From contig OZ244960.1 in NCBI GenBank assembly GCA_965222605.1, forward strand, positions 4,512,001 to 4,576,000: a DNA stretch of 64,000 bases, read 5' to 3'. This stretch comes from Candidatus Latescibacterota bacterium (GTDB lineage: Bacteria > Latescibacterota > UBA2968). The notes beneath the pieces are model-generated. The model searched no databases, had not been told where the DNA came from, and saw only the letters and a program-made list of their open reading frames with translations. Both the position numbers and the translations under genes were made by a program. Below are positions 18,576 through 28,676 of this stretch, piece by piece; within the stretch, counting starts at the first letter, position 1, and each line of letters starts with the position of its first letter.

Positions 18576-20411
18576 ATGCCCAATGCGCTCCTGGTATATC
18601 CAAAAAATCCAGTGACGTTCTGGAGTTTTGATGAAGCTTTAAAGTTGGTCGGAAAGAAATCGGCTTTTCCGCCTTTGGGGTTGTTGACAATCGCCGGTAT
18701 GATGCCCGATAACTACAGTTTGCGCGTGGTGGATGTAAATGTACATCCATTGACAGATGAAGATCTGGGTTGGGCAGATATTGTGATTACATCGTCGATG
18801 ATTATTCACTGGCATTCTCTCGAAGAGATTATTGCTCAGTGCAATGTCGCAGGTGTGCCCGTGCTCAATGGCGGCCCGCTGCCCACGCAGTATTGCGAAG
18901 ATATTGAGGGAGATGCGATCTTTTATTTGGGCGAGGCCGAAAATGGCTTTATGGATGTGGTCGAGCGATTGGTATCCGAGCCTTACCGTGGGGGGCGAGA
19001 GTATATTGATCGACGAGGTGATTTTCAAAGCCTCACAACAACACCGCTTCCTCGATGGGATCTGGTCAGTTTTGACGATTATACCGTGATGGTGATTCAG
19101 ATTACGCGAGGTTGTCCAGAAAGTTGTACATTTTGCAATATCCCCGCGCTTTACGGCAAGATAACGCGTTTAAAAAATAGCAGCCTCGTGATTCAGGAAT
19201 TGGACGCGCTTTACGATAGAGGCTGGCGCGGTTCGGTTATGGCAGTTGATGATAATATTGTTGGCAACCGCGACGAGATTCGACAAATACTGGAAGAAGA
19301 GGTGGTGCCCTGGCAAAGAGAGCGCGGGTATCCTTTCCAATTATTTACGCAGGCCAGTATTCGCGTAAGTGATGATCTCGCGTTGTTAGAGGCGATGTAC
19401 CTCGCTGGATTTGATAAGATTTTTGCGGGGATTGAATCGCCAGTGGAAGAAAGCCTGAAGTTTATGGGCGCGCAAAAGAATTTGCAGGGCGATACGCCTT
19501 TGCTGGACAAAGTGAAGATTCTGCAAGAATATGGCATGGAAGTTCAGGCCGGTTTTATTATGGGCCTGGATACAGATCCAGATGATATTGCCGATCGCAT
19601 GATTGCGTTTATCAGAGAAGCGGGTATTCCGGTGGCTATGGTGGGGATTTTGGGCGTGCTGCGCGACACGCCCGACTTCAAGCGCTACAAGCGGTTGGGT
19701 CGCCTGCGTGAAGACGTAAAATATACGGGTGATTCGGGTATTTTCAGCCGGGAGTTGAGTTATGTGCCTATCATTGATCCCGACGAACTGCTGGCGCGCC
19801 ATCGCAAGGTTCTCGAAACGCTGAACAGTCCAGAGATTTTCTTTGAACGCTGCCGCACGCATTATGCACATCGCACGCGCAGACCGCTTCCATCAATGCC
19901 AATTGGTTGGACAGAACTCAGGGCGGGATTACGCTCTTTTTGGCATCAAGGTGTGGTCGGGACTTATCGGTGGACGTTCTGGAAATTTATGGCCCATATG
20001 CTCGTTCACCATCCCCGCGAGTTTGGCGATAGCATACGCATGTCCATTCATGGCCGTCACTTGATTCTCACCACGCGCGACGCCCTGCAGGTCGATGAGG
20101 TGAAAACCTTTTTCGATGAAGCGCTGGATCATCTGAAGCGATTTAGCGAGGGATATAAAGAAGTGAGTGTCAGTGATTACGCGAGCAAGTTGATGCACGC
20201 CTTGCACGGGCGGGTTGATCATTTTCAGGACGATTATCGCACTTTGCAACACAATGCCGAGGTGATGTTGAAGGCGGCTCAGGAATACTGCGGATTGATC
20301 CGCGAAGAATTTCGCCACCAGGTTGCAGAACCTCTTGAGCGTTTTCAACAAGAGATCGAAGCAATCCTCGATTCATATCCCACCCAAAGCGATTTGCAAC
20401 CTGTGCGGTGA
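18576..20411 (+). CDS. B12-binding radical SAM protein with DUF4070-like C-terminus
   Basis: LVYP...TFWS...PPLGLLT B12-binding start, RGCPESCTFC (CxxxCxxC), VDDN, GIES, GFIMGLDTD. Confidence 0.9.
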   Translation: MPNALLVYPKNPVTFWSFDEALKLVGKKSAFPPLGLLTIAGMMPDNYSLRVVDVNVHPLTDEDLGWADIVITSSMIIHWHSLEEIIAQCNVAGVPVLNGGPLPTQYCEDIEGDAIFYLGEAENGFMDVVERLVSEPYRGGREYIDRRGDFQSLTTTPLPRWDLVSFDDYTVMVIQITRGCPESCTFCNIPALYGKITRLKNSSLVIQELDALYDRGWRGSVMAVDDNIVGNRDEIRQILEEEVVPWQRERGYPFQLFTQASIRVSDDLALLEAMYLAGFDKIFAGIESPVEESLKFMGAQKNLQGDTPLLDKVKILQEYGMEVQAGFIMGLDTDPDDIADRMIAFIREAGIPVAMVGILGVLRDTPDFKRYKRLGRLREDVKYTGDSGIFSRELSYVPIIDPDELLARHRKVLETLNSPEIFFERCRTHYAHRTRRPLPSMPIGWTELRAGLRSFWHQGVVGTYRWTFWKFMAHMLVHHPREFGDSIRMSIHGRHLILTTRDALQVDEVKTFFDEALDHLKRFSEGYKEVSVSDYASKLMHALHGRVDHFQDDYRTLQHNAEVMLKAAQEYCGLIREEFRHQVAEPLERFQQEIEAILDSYPTQSDLQPVR

Positions 20412-20431
20412 GACGCACTGCGATAGAAAAC

Positions 20432-20468
20432 AAAAAGCCCGATATCATCAAAGATACCGGGCTTTTTT
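20432..20468. terminator. Bidirectional intrinsic terminator
   Basis: AAAAAGCCCGATATC-ATCAAA-GATACCGGGCTTTTTT between convergent radical SAM gene and trxA. A second hairpin lies at 20490-20510. Confidence 0.7.
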
Positions 20469-20518
20469 CATGAGGTCATAGACCGCGAAGCCGGGGACAC
20501 TGTCCTCGGCCTTTTATT

Positions 20519-20845
20519 TTATGCGAGTACGGCTTTAAGCTTGTCTTCTATCGCGCTTTTGGGGACAGCACCGATAAGCTGATCTGCCTGTTTGCCGTCC
20601 TTAAAGATGAGCAATGTGGGGATGCTGCGAATGCCAAATCCCTGTGCTGTCTGCTGTGCGTGATCCACATCGACTTTGCAGATTTTAACACGACCGTCGT
20701 ATTCACGAGCGAGTTCTTCAATGCTGGGGGCAATCATGCGACATGGACCGCACCATGTTGCCCAGAAATCCACAAGTACCGGAAGATCGGAATCCACAAC
20801 TTCCGTTTGGAAATTTTCATCTGTAATATTCAATGGGCTTCCCAC
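20519..20845 (-). CDS. trxA: Thioredoxin
   Basis: VDFWATWCGPC, GIRSIPT; 108 aa; AGGAG RBS with GTG start. Confidence 0.96.
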   Translation of the reverse strand: MGSPLNITDENFQTEVVDSDLPVLVDFWATWCGPCRMIAPSIEELAREYDGRVKICKVDVDHAQQTAQGFGIRSIPTLLIFKDGKQADQLIGAVPKSAIEDKLKAVLA

Positions 20846-20915
20846 TTTGAGACTCCTTTTAGATTGGGTTTGTTCTGATGAGAATGTGCTAAACTACCAG
20901 ATTTTTATGGGGTTG

Positions 20916-21941
20916 TCAAGGGGATGCGCGGCAAATTCGGTATGCCAGGTGAGCGAGAATTTCGAGCGGTGTCCCGCCGCTGGACTTGAGGCGGTTGTCT
21001 GCATCGAGAAGGGCATCATGGGCATTCCAGAGTGCTCGTTCGTCAAATAAACGGGCTTGATCGAGGTAGTTATTTACAAAAAAAGCGGGCACTTTGAGAC
21101 GCGAAGCCAGTGCATTTCTGGACAGGCGCTGGCCCGATATCCATCGCGCGCGCTGCAGAATCCCAAAGTGACGGATGAGTAGTGCGATCGTGCCGGCAGG
21201 GTGTTCTCCCTGTTCGCGGAGCCGTCCAATGAGGATTTGCGCCTTGTCCAACTGGCGGTGTCCGAGTGCGTCGGCGAGTTCAAAAACCGTGACTCCCCGT
21301 GTGTTGTCGATTACCTGAGCGACTTCCTCGCGCGAGATTGGATTGGATTGGGTAGCGATAAAGAGTTTTTCGATTTCGCCGTTCAATTCGCGCAGATTTG
21401 CTCCAATGCTCATGTGAAGCAGGTGAGCCGCATCGGGCGCGATTTGTCTGCCCAGAGTTTTGACACGTGTCTGGATCCAGGCCGGGATTTCGTTGTCGTA
21501 GGGCGGGCGAAATTCGATTGCAATCGCGCGTTTTCGAAGTTCGGCAAATAGTTTTTTGCGACCATCTGGTTTGGTGGCTGTGATGATCAAGGTCGTTGTT
21601 TCGGGTGGGGATTCAATGAGGGGCAGGAGTTCGGGGGCGGCTGCATCGGGTAAGCGGTCGGCGTTTTTGAGGACAATCAGGCGGCGTTGCGTCATCATTG
21701 GAAAGGTGAGTGCTTGTAAAATGACCTGCGAAATATCGATGTCTTCGGCGCGATAGATGTCGAGGTTGAAGGCGCGCGCTGTGGGTTCAATGAGGGTTTC
21801 AACGAGGGCGTTTAAAAGCTGATCGCGTTGGAAGTCTTCCTCCCCGTGGAAGTAGTAGAGGGATGAGATTTCGCCTTTTTTGACGGCATCGAGAACCTGA
21901 GTTGGCGATGGGCCAGTTTTGCGAGGGCGTCGGGTAGCCAT
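20916..21941 (-). CDS. holA: DNA polymerase III subunit delta
   Basis: YYFHGEEDF, FNLDIY, TFPMM..RRLIVLK, EIEKL, VFELADA, DNRLKSS. Confidence 0.9.
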   Translation of the reverse strand: MATRRPRKTGPSPTQVLDAVKKGEISSLYYFHGEEDFQRDQLLNALVETLIEPTARAFNLDIYRAEDIDISQVILQALTFPMMTQRRLIVLKNADRLPDAAAPELLPLIESPPETTTLIITATKPDGRKKLFAELRKRAIAIEFRPPYDNEIPAWIQTRVKTLGRQIAPDAAHLLHMSIGANLRELNGEIEKLFIATQSNPISREEVAQVIDNTRGVTVFELADALGHRQLDKAQILIGRLREQGEHPAGTIALLIRHFGILQRARWISGQRLSRNALASRLKVPAFFVNNYLDQARLFDERALWNAHDALLDADNRLKSSGGTPLEILAHLAYRICRASP

Positions 21942-21965
21942 CTGTGTTATCCGAGGAGTCTGAGT

Positions 21966-22139
21966 CTAAAGGTCTTTGAAGTCCGCGTCTTGAATTTGTG
22001 AATCGTCAATGTCGCGCAGAGGTTTTTTCTTTGATGATGTACGCGTGGTTGGGCGCATTAGTATGGCGCGAAACAGACGACCGACAAAGCGAAAAAATAG
22101 GACCAGGATAAGGGCAATGAGAAATAGACGAAGCAACAT
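21966..22139 (-). CDS. Small membrane protein, 57 aa (not in ORF track)
   Basis: MLLRLFLIALILVLFFRFVGRLF...DIDDSQIQDADFKDL; AAGGA RBS; fills the gap between the RND gene and holA. Confidence 0.7.
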   Translation of the reverse strand: MLLRLFLIALILVLFFRFVGRLFRAILMRPTTRTSSKKKPLRDIDDSQIQDADFKDL

Positions 22140-22163
22140 GGATTTTTCCTTAGCCTTAATGGC

Positions 22164-25100
22164 TCAATCTGCGGCGGTGTGGCGATATGGGGATGTGGAT
22201 TCAATTTTTGGCGCGCCAAACCATCGCCAGATCAGGCTGATCAGGACAGGTACAATGACCAGCGTGAGGGCAGTAGCAAATGCGAGACCAAAGATCACAG
22301 CCACGCCCATTGGCCCCCACCACTGACTGCTGCGCCCCCCAATTTCCCATGAAAAAGAAAAAAAGTCAAAACTTATACCCGTGGCAAGGGGCAACAGGCC
22401 CAGAATGGTGGTTATGGCTGTGAGAATGACAGGGCGAAATCTTACGACGCCTGCGCGTATGATCGCTTCGCGCGCTGAAAGGCCGCGCTGGCGCAATTGC
22501 AGGGTATAGCCGATTAGAACAATGGCGTTGTTGACAACCACGCCTGCAAGGCTGATCACGCCGATACCCGTCATGAGAATGCCAAAAGGGGTTCCGGTGA
22601 CTATCAGGCCGATCAATACGCCAATCATAGACAAAATGACGGATGTGAGAATGGTAAAGGGCAGGGCCAGAGAATTGAATTGCGTAATCAGAATGAGCGC
22701 GATGCCCGCCAATGCTATGAGCAGGGCTTTGGAAAGAAAGGCAGTGGCTTTTTGCTGTTCTTCATTTTCTCCGGAATAGGCGATCTGATAGCCCGGTGGC
22801 AGGGAAAAATTGGATAGGGCTGCTTGCACATCGCGCATGGCTGCATCAGATGTGCGGTCTTGCACTTTGCCTTCAATGGAGATAACGCGCTTGAGATCCT
22901 TGCGCCGAATGCTGCCAAATCCCCCGCCCGTTTCTATACGTGCAACCGCGCTTATGGGCGTGATCTTGCCATCTTTTTCAATGGTAATACGTTTGAGGTC
23001 GGCAAGCGTATTGCGCTTGTCGGACTTGAATCTCACGCGGATATCGTATTCGTCTTCGCCCAGCCGATATTCGGATGCTTCTGAGCCGTAAACGGCTGAG
23101 CGCACCGTAGCGGCAATCAGGCGTGTATTGAGGCCCGCTATTGCAGCGGCTTCTCGATCTACAACGATGCGGACTTCGGGACGCCCGCGGTCGTAGTTAT
23201 CTTTGAGATCTACAACGCCGGGCACATCGGCCACGACGCGTTTGATGCGTGCGGATAGTTGACCTAAGATCTCGAAGTTTTCGCCGGATACCTCAACGCT
23301 GATGGGCGGGCCTACGGGGGGTCCGCCGCGTTCTTGGGACAATTCGATTTCGGCGCCGGTCAGGTTTTTGAGTTTGCTGCGAATTTCCTCAATGGTCTCA
23401 AAAGAGGATTGCTGCCGAAGATTCTCATCGACAAAGTCTATGGAGATGCGACTGGCATTTGAAACGCCTTCGCCACCTGCAAATACATCGCCGCCAGAGA
23501 CACCCACGTTGGCAACATAGGTTTCAATATCGGGAATACCGGCGAGAATAGATTCGATCTGGCGCGCCAGTTGATCCGATGTTTCGAGGTTTGTGCCAGA
23601 TGGAGCGCGCACATCGATATAGGCTGTGTTGGGTTCAATTTCGGGAAAAAATTCGATGCCTCGACCCCCAAAATAGTACGCTACAACGACGAGAAGGAGT
23701 GTGCTCGCTGCAAGAGAGAGGGTTATTCCCGGGTAATTGAGTGCCATTTCGAGGCGACGCTGATAGGCGTTGAGGCTGCGCTGGAGGCGGGGAGATGTCT
23801 CTTTGACCGTTCCTCGCACCGTCATGAAAGATGCACAAAATGTGGGATTGAGGACGAGGCCCACAAAGAGGGATGAAGACAGGGTTATGATCAGGGTTAT
23901 GGGCAAATATTTCATAAATTCGCCCATAATGCCGGGCCAGACAATCATGGGTGCAAAAGCACATAATGTCGTCAGTGTTGAGGTTATCACAGGCCATGCA
24001 ACTTCTCCCGTGCCTTCCAACGCCCCCTGGATGGGAGATTGGCCTTCTTGCCGGTGGCGATAGATATTTTCGACAATGACGATGGCATTATCGACGAGCA
24101 TGCCGAGCGCGAGGATCAGACTAAACAAAACGATCATATTGAGCGTGATGCCCATAATGGATATGATGATAAAGGAAATGAGCATAGAGAGGGGAATGGC
24201 GATACCGACAAAAAAGGCATTGCGGAGGCCCAGGAAAAAGAGGAGCACCAGAATGACGAGGATAAGGCCGGATACGATATTGTTTTCGAGGTCTTTGACC
24301 ATCATGCGAATGTCTTCGGACTGGTCGCCCAAAATGGTGATTTGCGTGCCTGCAGGAAGGGTGGGTTTCAAATCGTCGAGCGCGATTTTAATCTGATCGG
24401 CTATGGCAATCAGATTTTCACCGCTGCGCTTGACAATTTCGAGACTTACACTGGGTTTGTGGTTGAGACGGGCGTAATTTGCGCGGTCCTTAAACCCATA
24501 TACAACATCGGCAACATCGCGAATATAGACCGGGCGGCCTTGCGACGCTTTGATGAGGAGGTCGCCAATTTGGGGAACGGTTTCAAGCTCACCGGGCACG
24601 CGCACGGCGTACTTGTACGCGCCTATATCCACGCTGCCACCAGGAAGGGTCAAATTTTCGCGTTGAATGGCCTCAATCACGTCCTGGATGGCGAGTTTGT
24701 AGGCGATGAGACGGTCGGGATCGACATCGACTTTGACTTCGTGTTCGAGACCGCCCACCACGCGTACTTCGAGGATGCCGGGGATGGTTTCGATATGATC
24801 GGCGAAGTCTTCGGCAATTTCTTTCAGCCGAATCAGCCCATAGTCTCCCGACAATGCGACGAGCATCATGGGGATATTGGAAAAGTTGACTTCGAGAACC
24901 GCGGGGTCTTCAGCATCATCGGGTAATTCTGATTTGGCGAGATCGACCTTGTCTTTGACGCGCTGGAGAGCATTGTCAATGTCGGCATTGGGATTAAATT
25001 CGACTGTAATTGACGAAGCACCTTCGACCGAACTCGATCGGATCACTTTGACATTTTCAATGGATTGAAGTTCTTTTTCCAAAGGTCGGGTGATGAGGTT

Positions 25101-25280
25101 TTCAACATCCTGAGGCGAGGTGCCGATATACGGCGTGCTGACGATGATGAGGGGGATAGTAATATCTGGCGCGGCTTCGCGGGGAAGTGACTGATAGGCC
25201 GAGATGCCCGAGATGATCAGGATACCGACAAAGACGTAAACGGTAATGCGATGTTTGAGTGCGTACGCGGTGATGGTCAT
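22164..25280 (-). CDS. RND efflux permease (AcrB/AcrD/AcrF family)
   Basis: 1038 aa; LGMLVDNAIVIVENIYRH, GVVVNNAIVL, RFRPVILTAITTILGLLPL. Confidence 0.95.
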   Translation of the reverse strand: MTITAYALKHRITVYVFVGILIISGISAYQSLPREAAPDITIPLIIVSTPYIGTSPQDVENLITRPLEKELQSIENVKVIRSSSVEGASSITVEFNPNADIDNALQRVKDKVDLAKSELPDDAEDPAVLEVNFSNIPMMLVALSGDYGLIRLKEIAEDFADHIETIPGILEVRVVGGLEHEVKVDVDPDRLIAYKLAIQDVIEAIQRENLTLPGGSVDIGAYKYAVRVPGELETVPQIGDLLIKASQGRPVYIRDVADVVYGFKDRANYARLNHKPSVSLEIVKRSGENLIAIADQIKIALDDLKPTLPAGTQITILGDQSEDIRMMVKDLENNIVSGLILVILVLLFFLGLRNAFFVGIAIPLSMLISFIIISIMGITLNMIVLFSLILALGMLVDNAIVIVENIYRHRQEGQSPIQGALEGTGEVAWPVITSTLTTLCAFAPMIVWPGIMGEFMKYLPITLIITLSSSLFVGLVLNPTFCASFMTVRGTVKETSPRLQRSLNAYQRRLEMALNYPGITLSLAASTLLLVVVAYYFGGRGIEFFPEIEPNTAYIDVRAPSGTNLETSDQLARQIESILAGIPDIETYVANVGVSGGDVFAGGEGVSNASRISIDFVDENLRQQSSFETIEEIRSKLKNLTGAEIELSQERGGPPVGPPISVEVSGENFEILGQLSARIKRVVADVPGVVDLKDNYDRGRPEVRIVVDREAAAIAGLNTRLIAATVRSAVYGSEASEYRLGEDEYDIRVRFKSDKRNTLADLKRITIEKDGKITPISAVARIETGGGFGSIRRKDLKRVISIEGKVQDRTSDAAMRDVQAALSNFSLPPGYQIAYSGENEEQQKATAFLSKALLIALAGIALILITQFNSLALPFTILTSVILSMIGVLIGLIVTGTPFGILMTGIGVISLAGVVVNNAIVLIGYTLQLRQRGLSAREAIIRAGVVRFRPVILTAITTILGLLPLATGISFDFFSFSWEIGGRSSQWWGPMGVAVIFGLAFATALTLVIVPVLISLIWRWFGAPKIESTSPYRHTAAD

Positions 25281-26326
25281 GGGACGGGTTCCGCATATTT
25301 TATTGCCACGCGGTCGCCATCAATGAGATCGCGCCCGCCTTTGACGATAATTTGATCGCCAGAGGAAAGCCCCTTCTGGACGACGACGCGCTCGGCTTCT
25401 GATGGCCCCAGGCGGAGCGGGCGCATAAGGGCCATGTCGCCTTTTACGACAAAGGCCACAGGCCCGGTTTCGCGTTCGATAATGGCTTCGCGGGGAATGA
25501 CGATGACATGCCGGTGAATGCGGCGCACGGCTTTCAGCGTGCCGATCATGCCGGGGCGGATATGCCCTGTTGGGTTGGGCAGATGGACTTCAATGGGAAA
25601 AACCCTCTGGTCTGTATCTGCTGCCGGGCCAACATGGGCGATTGTGCCCTCATAAGTTTGGTGCGGCAGAGCATCGAGGACGAGGGTGACGAGACTGCCT
25701 TCGACAAAGTCGATGATTTCGCTCTCCGCTACCCAGGCCGCAACGCGCAGGCTGTCGGTTTGAACGAGGCGAAATGTTGCGCCATCTCGCGCGATATGTT
25801 GCCCCTGTGAGAGGTGCCGCTTTGCAATATAGCCTGAAAAAGGCGCTTGTATCCGCCCATAAGAGAGCCGATGCTTTAAGGTCTGCGCTGTTGATTTGGC
25901 CCGATGGAAGTCGTATTCCGTGGCAAAATACGCCTGTTCGGAAATCGATCCTTCCGAGAAAAGTTGTTTGCTGCGCTCGTAATTGTAGGTTTGAAACTTC
26001 AGGTTGGCCTCGGCTTCGATTAATGCGGCTTGCAGAAGCTCCATGTTGAGTTGCGCGAGATTCTCTCCGCGTTTGACGTAATCACCCACATCTTTGTACG
26101 TGCTGATGACCTCACCAGATTCGAGCGCACTGATGGTCACATCGCGCCAGGCTTTTACCGTGGCAGATAGCCTGCTGTATTGGATGAGCGAATCGGGTTT
26201 GAGTGCAAATGTAGATACATTGGTGGTGCGCTCTAAGGGAATTTCTTTTTGCGCCGAAGATTCGTCGCCACAGCCCAGATTGATCAAGATCAAAAGACCG
26301 GGTATCAAAAGCCTGTACAAACTCAT
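25277..26326 (-). CDS. RND efflux periplasmic adaptor (MFP) lipoprotein
   Basis: Lipobox NLGC; IQAPFSG, IRPGM, GLSSGDQIIVKG; overlaps the RND gene. Confidence 0.92.
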   Translation of the reverse strand: MSLYRLLIPGLLILINLGCGDESSAQKEIPLERTTNVSTFALKPDSLIQYSRLSATVKAWRDVTISALESGEVISTYKDVGDYVKRGENLAQLNMELLQAALIEAEANLKFQTYNYERSKQLFSEGSISEQAYFATEYDFHRAKSTAQTLKHRLSYGRIQAPFSGYIAKRHLSQGQHIARDGATFRLVQTDSLRVAAWVAESEIIDFVEGSLVTLVLDALPHQTYEGTIAHVGPAADTDQRVFPIEVHLPNPTGHIRPGMIGTLKAVRRIHRHVIVIPREAIIERETGPVAFVVKGDMALMRPLRLGPSEAERVVVQKGLSSGDQIIVKGGRDLIDGDRVAIKYAEPVP

Positions 26327-27678
26327 GGTTTATCCTCCTCACCCAAAATGCCCGCACTGAGTTCTAATTGCACGAGGGTGACCGCGAGATCTCGCTTTGC
26401 GCGCGCGAGTTCGGCTTCGGCGCGTTGTAAGGTGAGTTGCCCATCGATGACTTCGATCTGGGTGCCAACGCCATTCTCATAACGCGATTCCGCGATTTGC
26501 AGGCCCCGACGGGCGAGACCAACGGCCTGTATCTGCGCGCTTTTTCTGGCGCGAACTTCGGAAAAAGAGCGACACGCTTGCAGGATGTTGAAACGCACGC
26601 CGCGCTCGGTTTGTTTTTGCACCAGTTCGGCTTGCCGCGTGTCTGAGCGGGCCTGCGCAACCTGTGCGTTTGTGCGAAAGCCATCAAAAATGGGAATGTT
26701 GATGGCGATGCCCGAAAACCAGCTCTGACGAAAATCGTCTTTTACAAAATCAAATTCGTTTTTTTGAGCCTGCCACTGTCCATTGACAATTAAATCTATG
26801 GTCGGGCGGGATTCTGATCGGGCAATGGTCTCTGCATGCTGGAGCATTTCGATCTCGAGGGAGTACTGACGTACAATGGGATGCATTTGCATTGAGAGGT
26901 CAATTAGTTCTGTCTCGGTGATAGTCGATAAAAGGTAGATTTCTTCGCGGAAAGTCCCTTGAGGTGTAATGGATTCATTGGGGTCAATGCCGATCTGGTT
27001 TTTGAACGCGAGATCTGCCAATATATGCACATTCTCCGTGCGTATGGAGTCTGTCAGCAATTCGGCGACCTGAACCTGTGCGCGCAGCAAATCGTAGTCC
27101 GATACGCGCCCTGCCTCGCGCAGTTTTTCGACGCGCTTGAAATTTGCACGCGCGCGCGCTACAGAAGATTTGCTGACGTGCGTGAGTTCTCCAGCCAATA
27201 GCAGGTCGTAAAAAGCCGTTTCGACCTGTGTGTGTACTTGTTGCTTTGCAGCGCGTACCTTTTCCATCGAAAATTGTCTGAGCAGACGCGCAACGCGCAG
27301 GGCTGAAAAAGATTTGCCTCCACCCCAAATGGCTTGTCGAATGCCAACCGTGCCGATGAGGTTGTTGTGCGCGCCGACGGTAAATTGTTGTTGGCCTGCT
27401 GGCGTATCGAAAAAAAAGGTAGGCAGCAACCAGTTGCGCGTGTACTGCAAGGTAATGTCAAACTGGGGGAGAACATCGGCCACTGCATGGCGAATCCGTT
27501 GGTGTGATTTGTCCAGATCTTCGCGCACAATTTGCAGGGCTTCGTTGTGCGATAGCGCGTGCTGTAAACTCTCTTCGAGTGTAATAGACCGGGAATAGGC
27601 TTTGGAGATCGCAAAAAAAAGGAACAGAAGGACGATGGTACACAGCCATCGGCAAAGAGATATATAGTCCATCGGCAT
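26323..27678 (-). CDS. TolC family outer membrane efflux protein
   Basis: ITLEESLQHALSHN, IPIFDGF, RYENGVGTQIEVIDGQ; upstream of MFP/RND. Start uncertain (27678 or 27672). Confidence 0.88.
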   Translation of the reverse strand: MPMDYISLCRWLCTIVLLFLFFAISKAYSRSITLEESLQHALSHNEALQIVREDLDKSHQRIRHAVADVLPQFDITLQYTRNWLLPTFFFDTPAGQQQFTVGAHNNLIGTVGIRQAIWGGGKSFSALRVARLLRQFSMEKVRAAKQQVHTQVETAFYDLLLAGELTHVSKSSVARARANFKRVEKLREAGRVSDYDLLRAQVQVAELLTDSIRTENVHILADLAFKNQIGIDPNESITPQGTFREEIYLLSTITETELIDLSMQMHPIVRQYSLEIEMLQHAETIARSESRPTIDLIVNGQWQAQKNEFDFVKDDFRQSWFSGIAINIPIFDGFRTNAQVAQARSDTRQAELVQKQTERGVRFNILQACRSFSEVRARKSAQIQAVGLARRGLQIAESRYENGVGTQIEVIDGQLTLQRAEAELARAKRDLAVTLVQLELSAGILGEEDKP

Positions 27679-27755
27679 TTGGGGGGATCGAGATTTGGTG
27701 GGGATACTGTTTACCTGAAAATCTACGGGGTTTTGCCGTACATTGTCAAGGTGTT

Positions 27756-28628
27756 TCACAAATTGATACGGCAGACGCTGTCAGATAAGGTCAATGCCTG
27801 GACAGTCTCTGCGACATCGTGAACCCTTACAATGTGTACTCCTGCGGTTATACCCAATGTGATTGCAGCAATGCTACCTGGTAGTCGCTCGTGAGATTGG
27901 CATTTGGGAGCGGTAAACTGCTTGCGCGATGCACCCATGAGAAGAGGATATTCCAGCGTGTGAAATTCGGACAGTCGCGCGAGTGTCTCGATATTGTGCG
28001 CGTATTTTTTTCCAAACCCCAGCCCCGGATCAATCGCAATCTGAGAGCGGGAAATGCCCATTGCTCTTGCGCGGTCAATTTGTGCGCTTAAAAAATTGAG
28101 AATATCGGACACAACATCGTTGTACATGGGGTTCTGCTGCATGGTTGAGGGCGTTCCCTGCATGTGCATGAGGATAATAGCAGCTCCCGTTTCCGCGATC
28201 AGATGCATCATGCTGGCATCAAAACGCAGGGCACTGATGTCATTGACAATGGTTGCGCCGTTGTCAATGGCCTGTCGGGCGACTTCGGCTTTGGTTGTGT
28301 CTATGGAGATGGGTACGTCGAGTTGTGGAGCAATGGCCTCAATAATGGGAATGGTGCGATCCAGTTCTTCTTTTAGAGAGACGACTGTTGCCCCTTTTCC
28401 ATAAGGCCCGGCTGGACGGGTTGATTCACCCCCAATATCGATCATGTCAGCACCTGCCTCAACCAGTGCCAGTGCCCGCTCAATCGCTTTGCGCGGTTCA
28501 AAATAAAGGCCGCCGTCTGAGAACGAGTCTGGCGTGACATTGAGAACGCCCATCACGAGTGTTCGATGACCCAATTGGAGGGGTGTGCCACAGCATGAAA
28601 GCTGGTAAATAGGGCGTATGTGTTTCAT
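27756..28628 (-). CDS. folP: Dihydropteroate synthase
   Basis: MGVLNVTPDSFSDGG, IDIGGESTRP, DPGLGFGK, GASRK, VRVHDV. Confidence 0.96.
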   Translation of the reverse strand: MKHIRPIYQLSCCGTPLQLGHRTLVMGVLNVTPDSFSDGGLYFEPRKAIERALALVEAGADMIDIGGESTRPAGPYGKGATVVSLKEELDRTIPIIEAIAPQLDVPISIDTTKAEVARQAIDNGATIVNDISALRFDASMMHLIAETGAAIILMHMQGTPSTMQQNPMYNDVVSDILNFLSAQIDRARAMGISRSQIAIDPGLGFGKKYAHNIETLARLSEFHTLEYPLLMGASRKQFTAPKCQSHERLPGSIAAITLGITAGVHIVRVHDVAETVQALTLSDSVCRINL

Positions 28629-28635
28629 GGGAGCT

Positions 28636-28669
28636 AAAAAAAGAGATGGCAACCGCCATCTCTTTTTTT
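28636..28669. terminator. Intrinsic terminator between ftsH and folP
   Basis: AAAAAAAGAGATGGC-AACC-GCCATCTCTTTTTTT, a perfect inverted repeat. Confidence 0.8.
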
Positions 28670-28676
28670 CTGTGGA

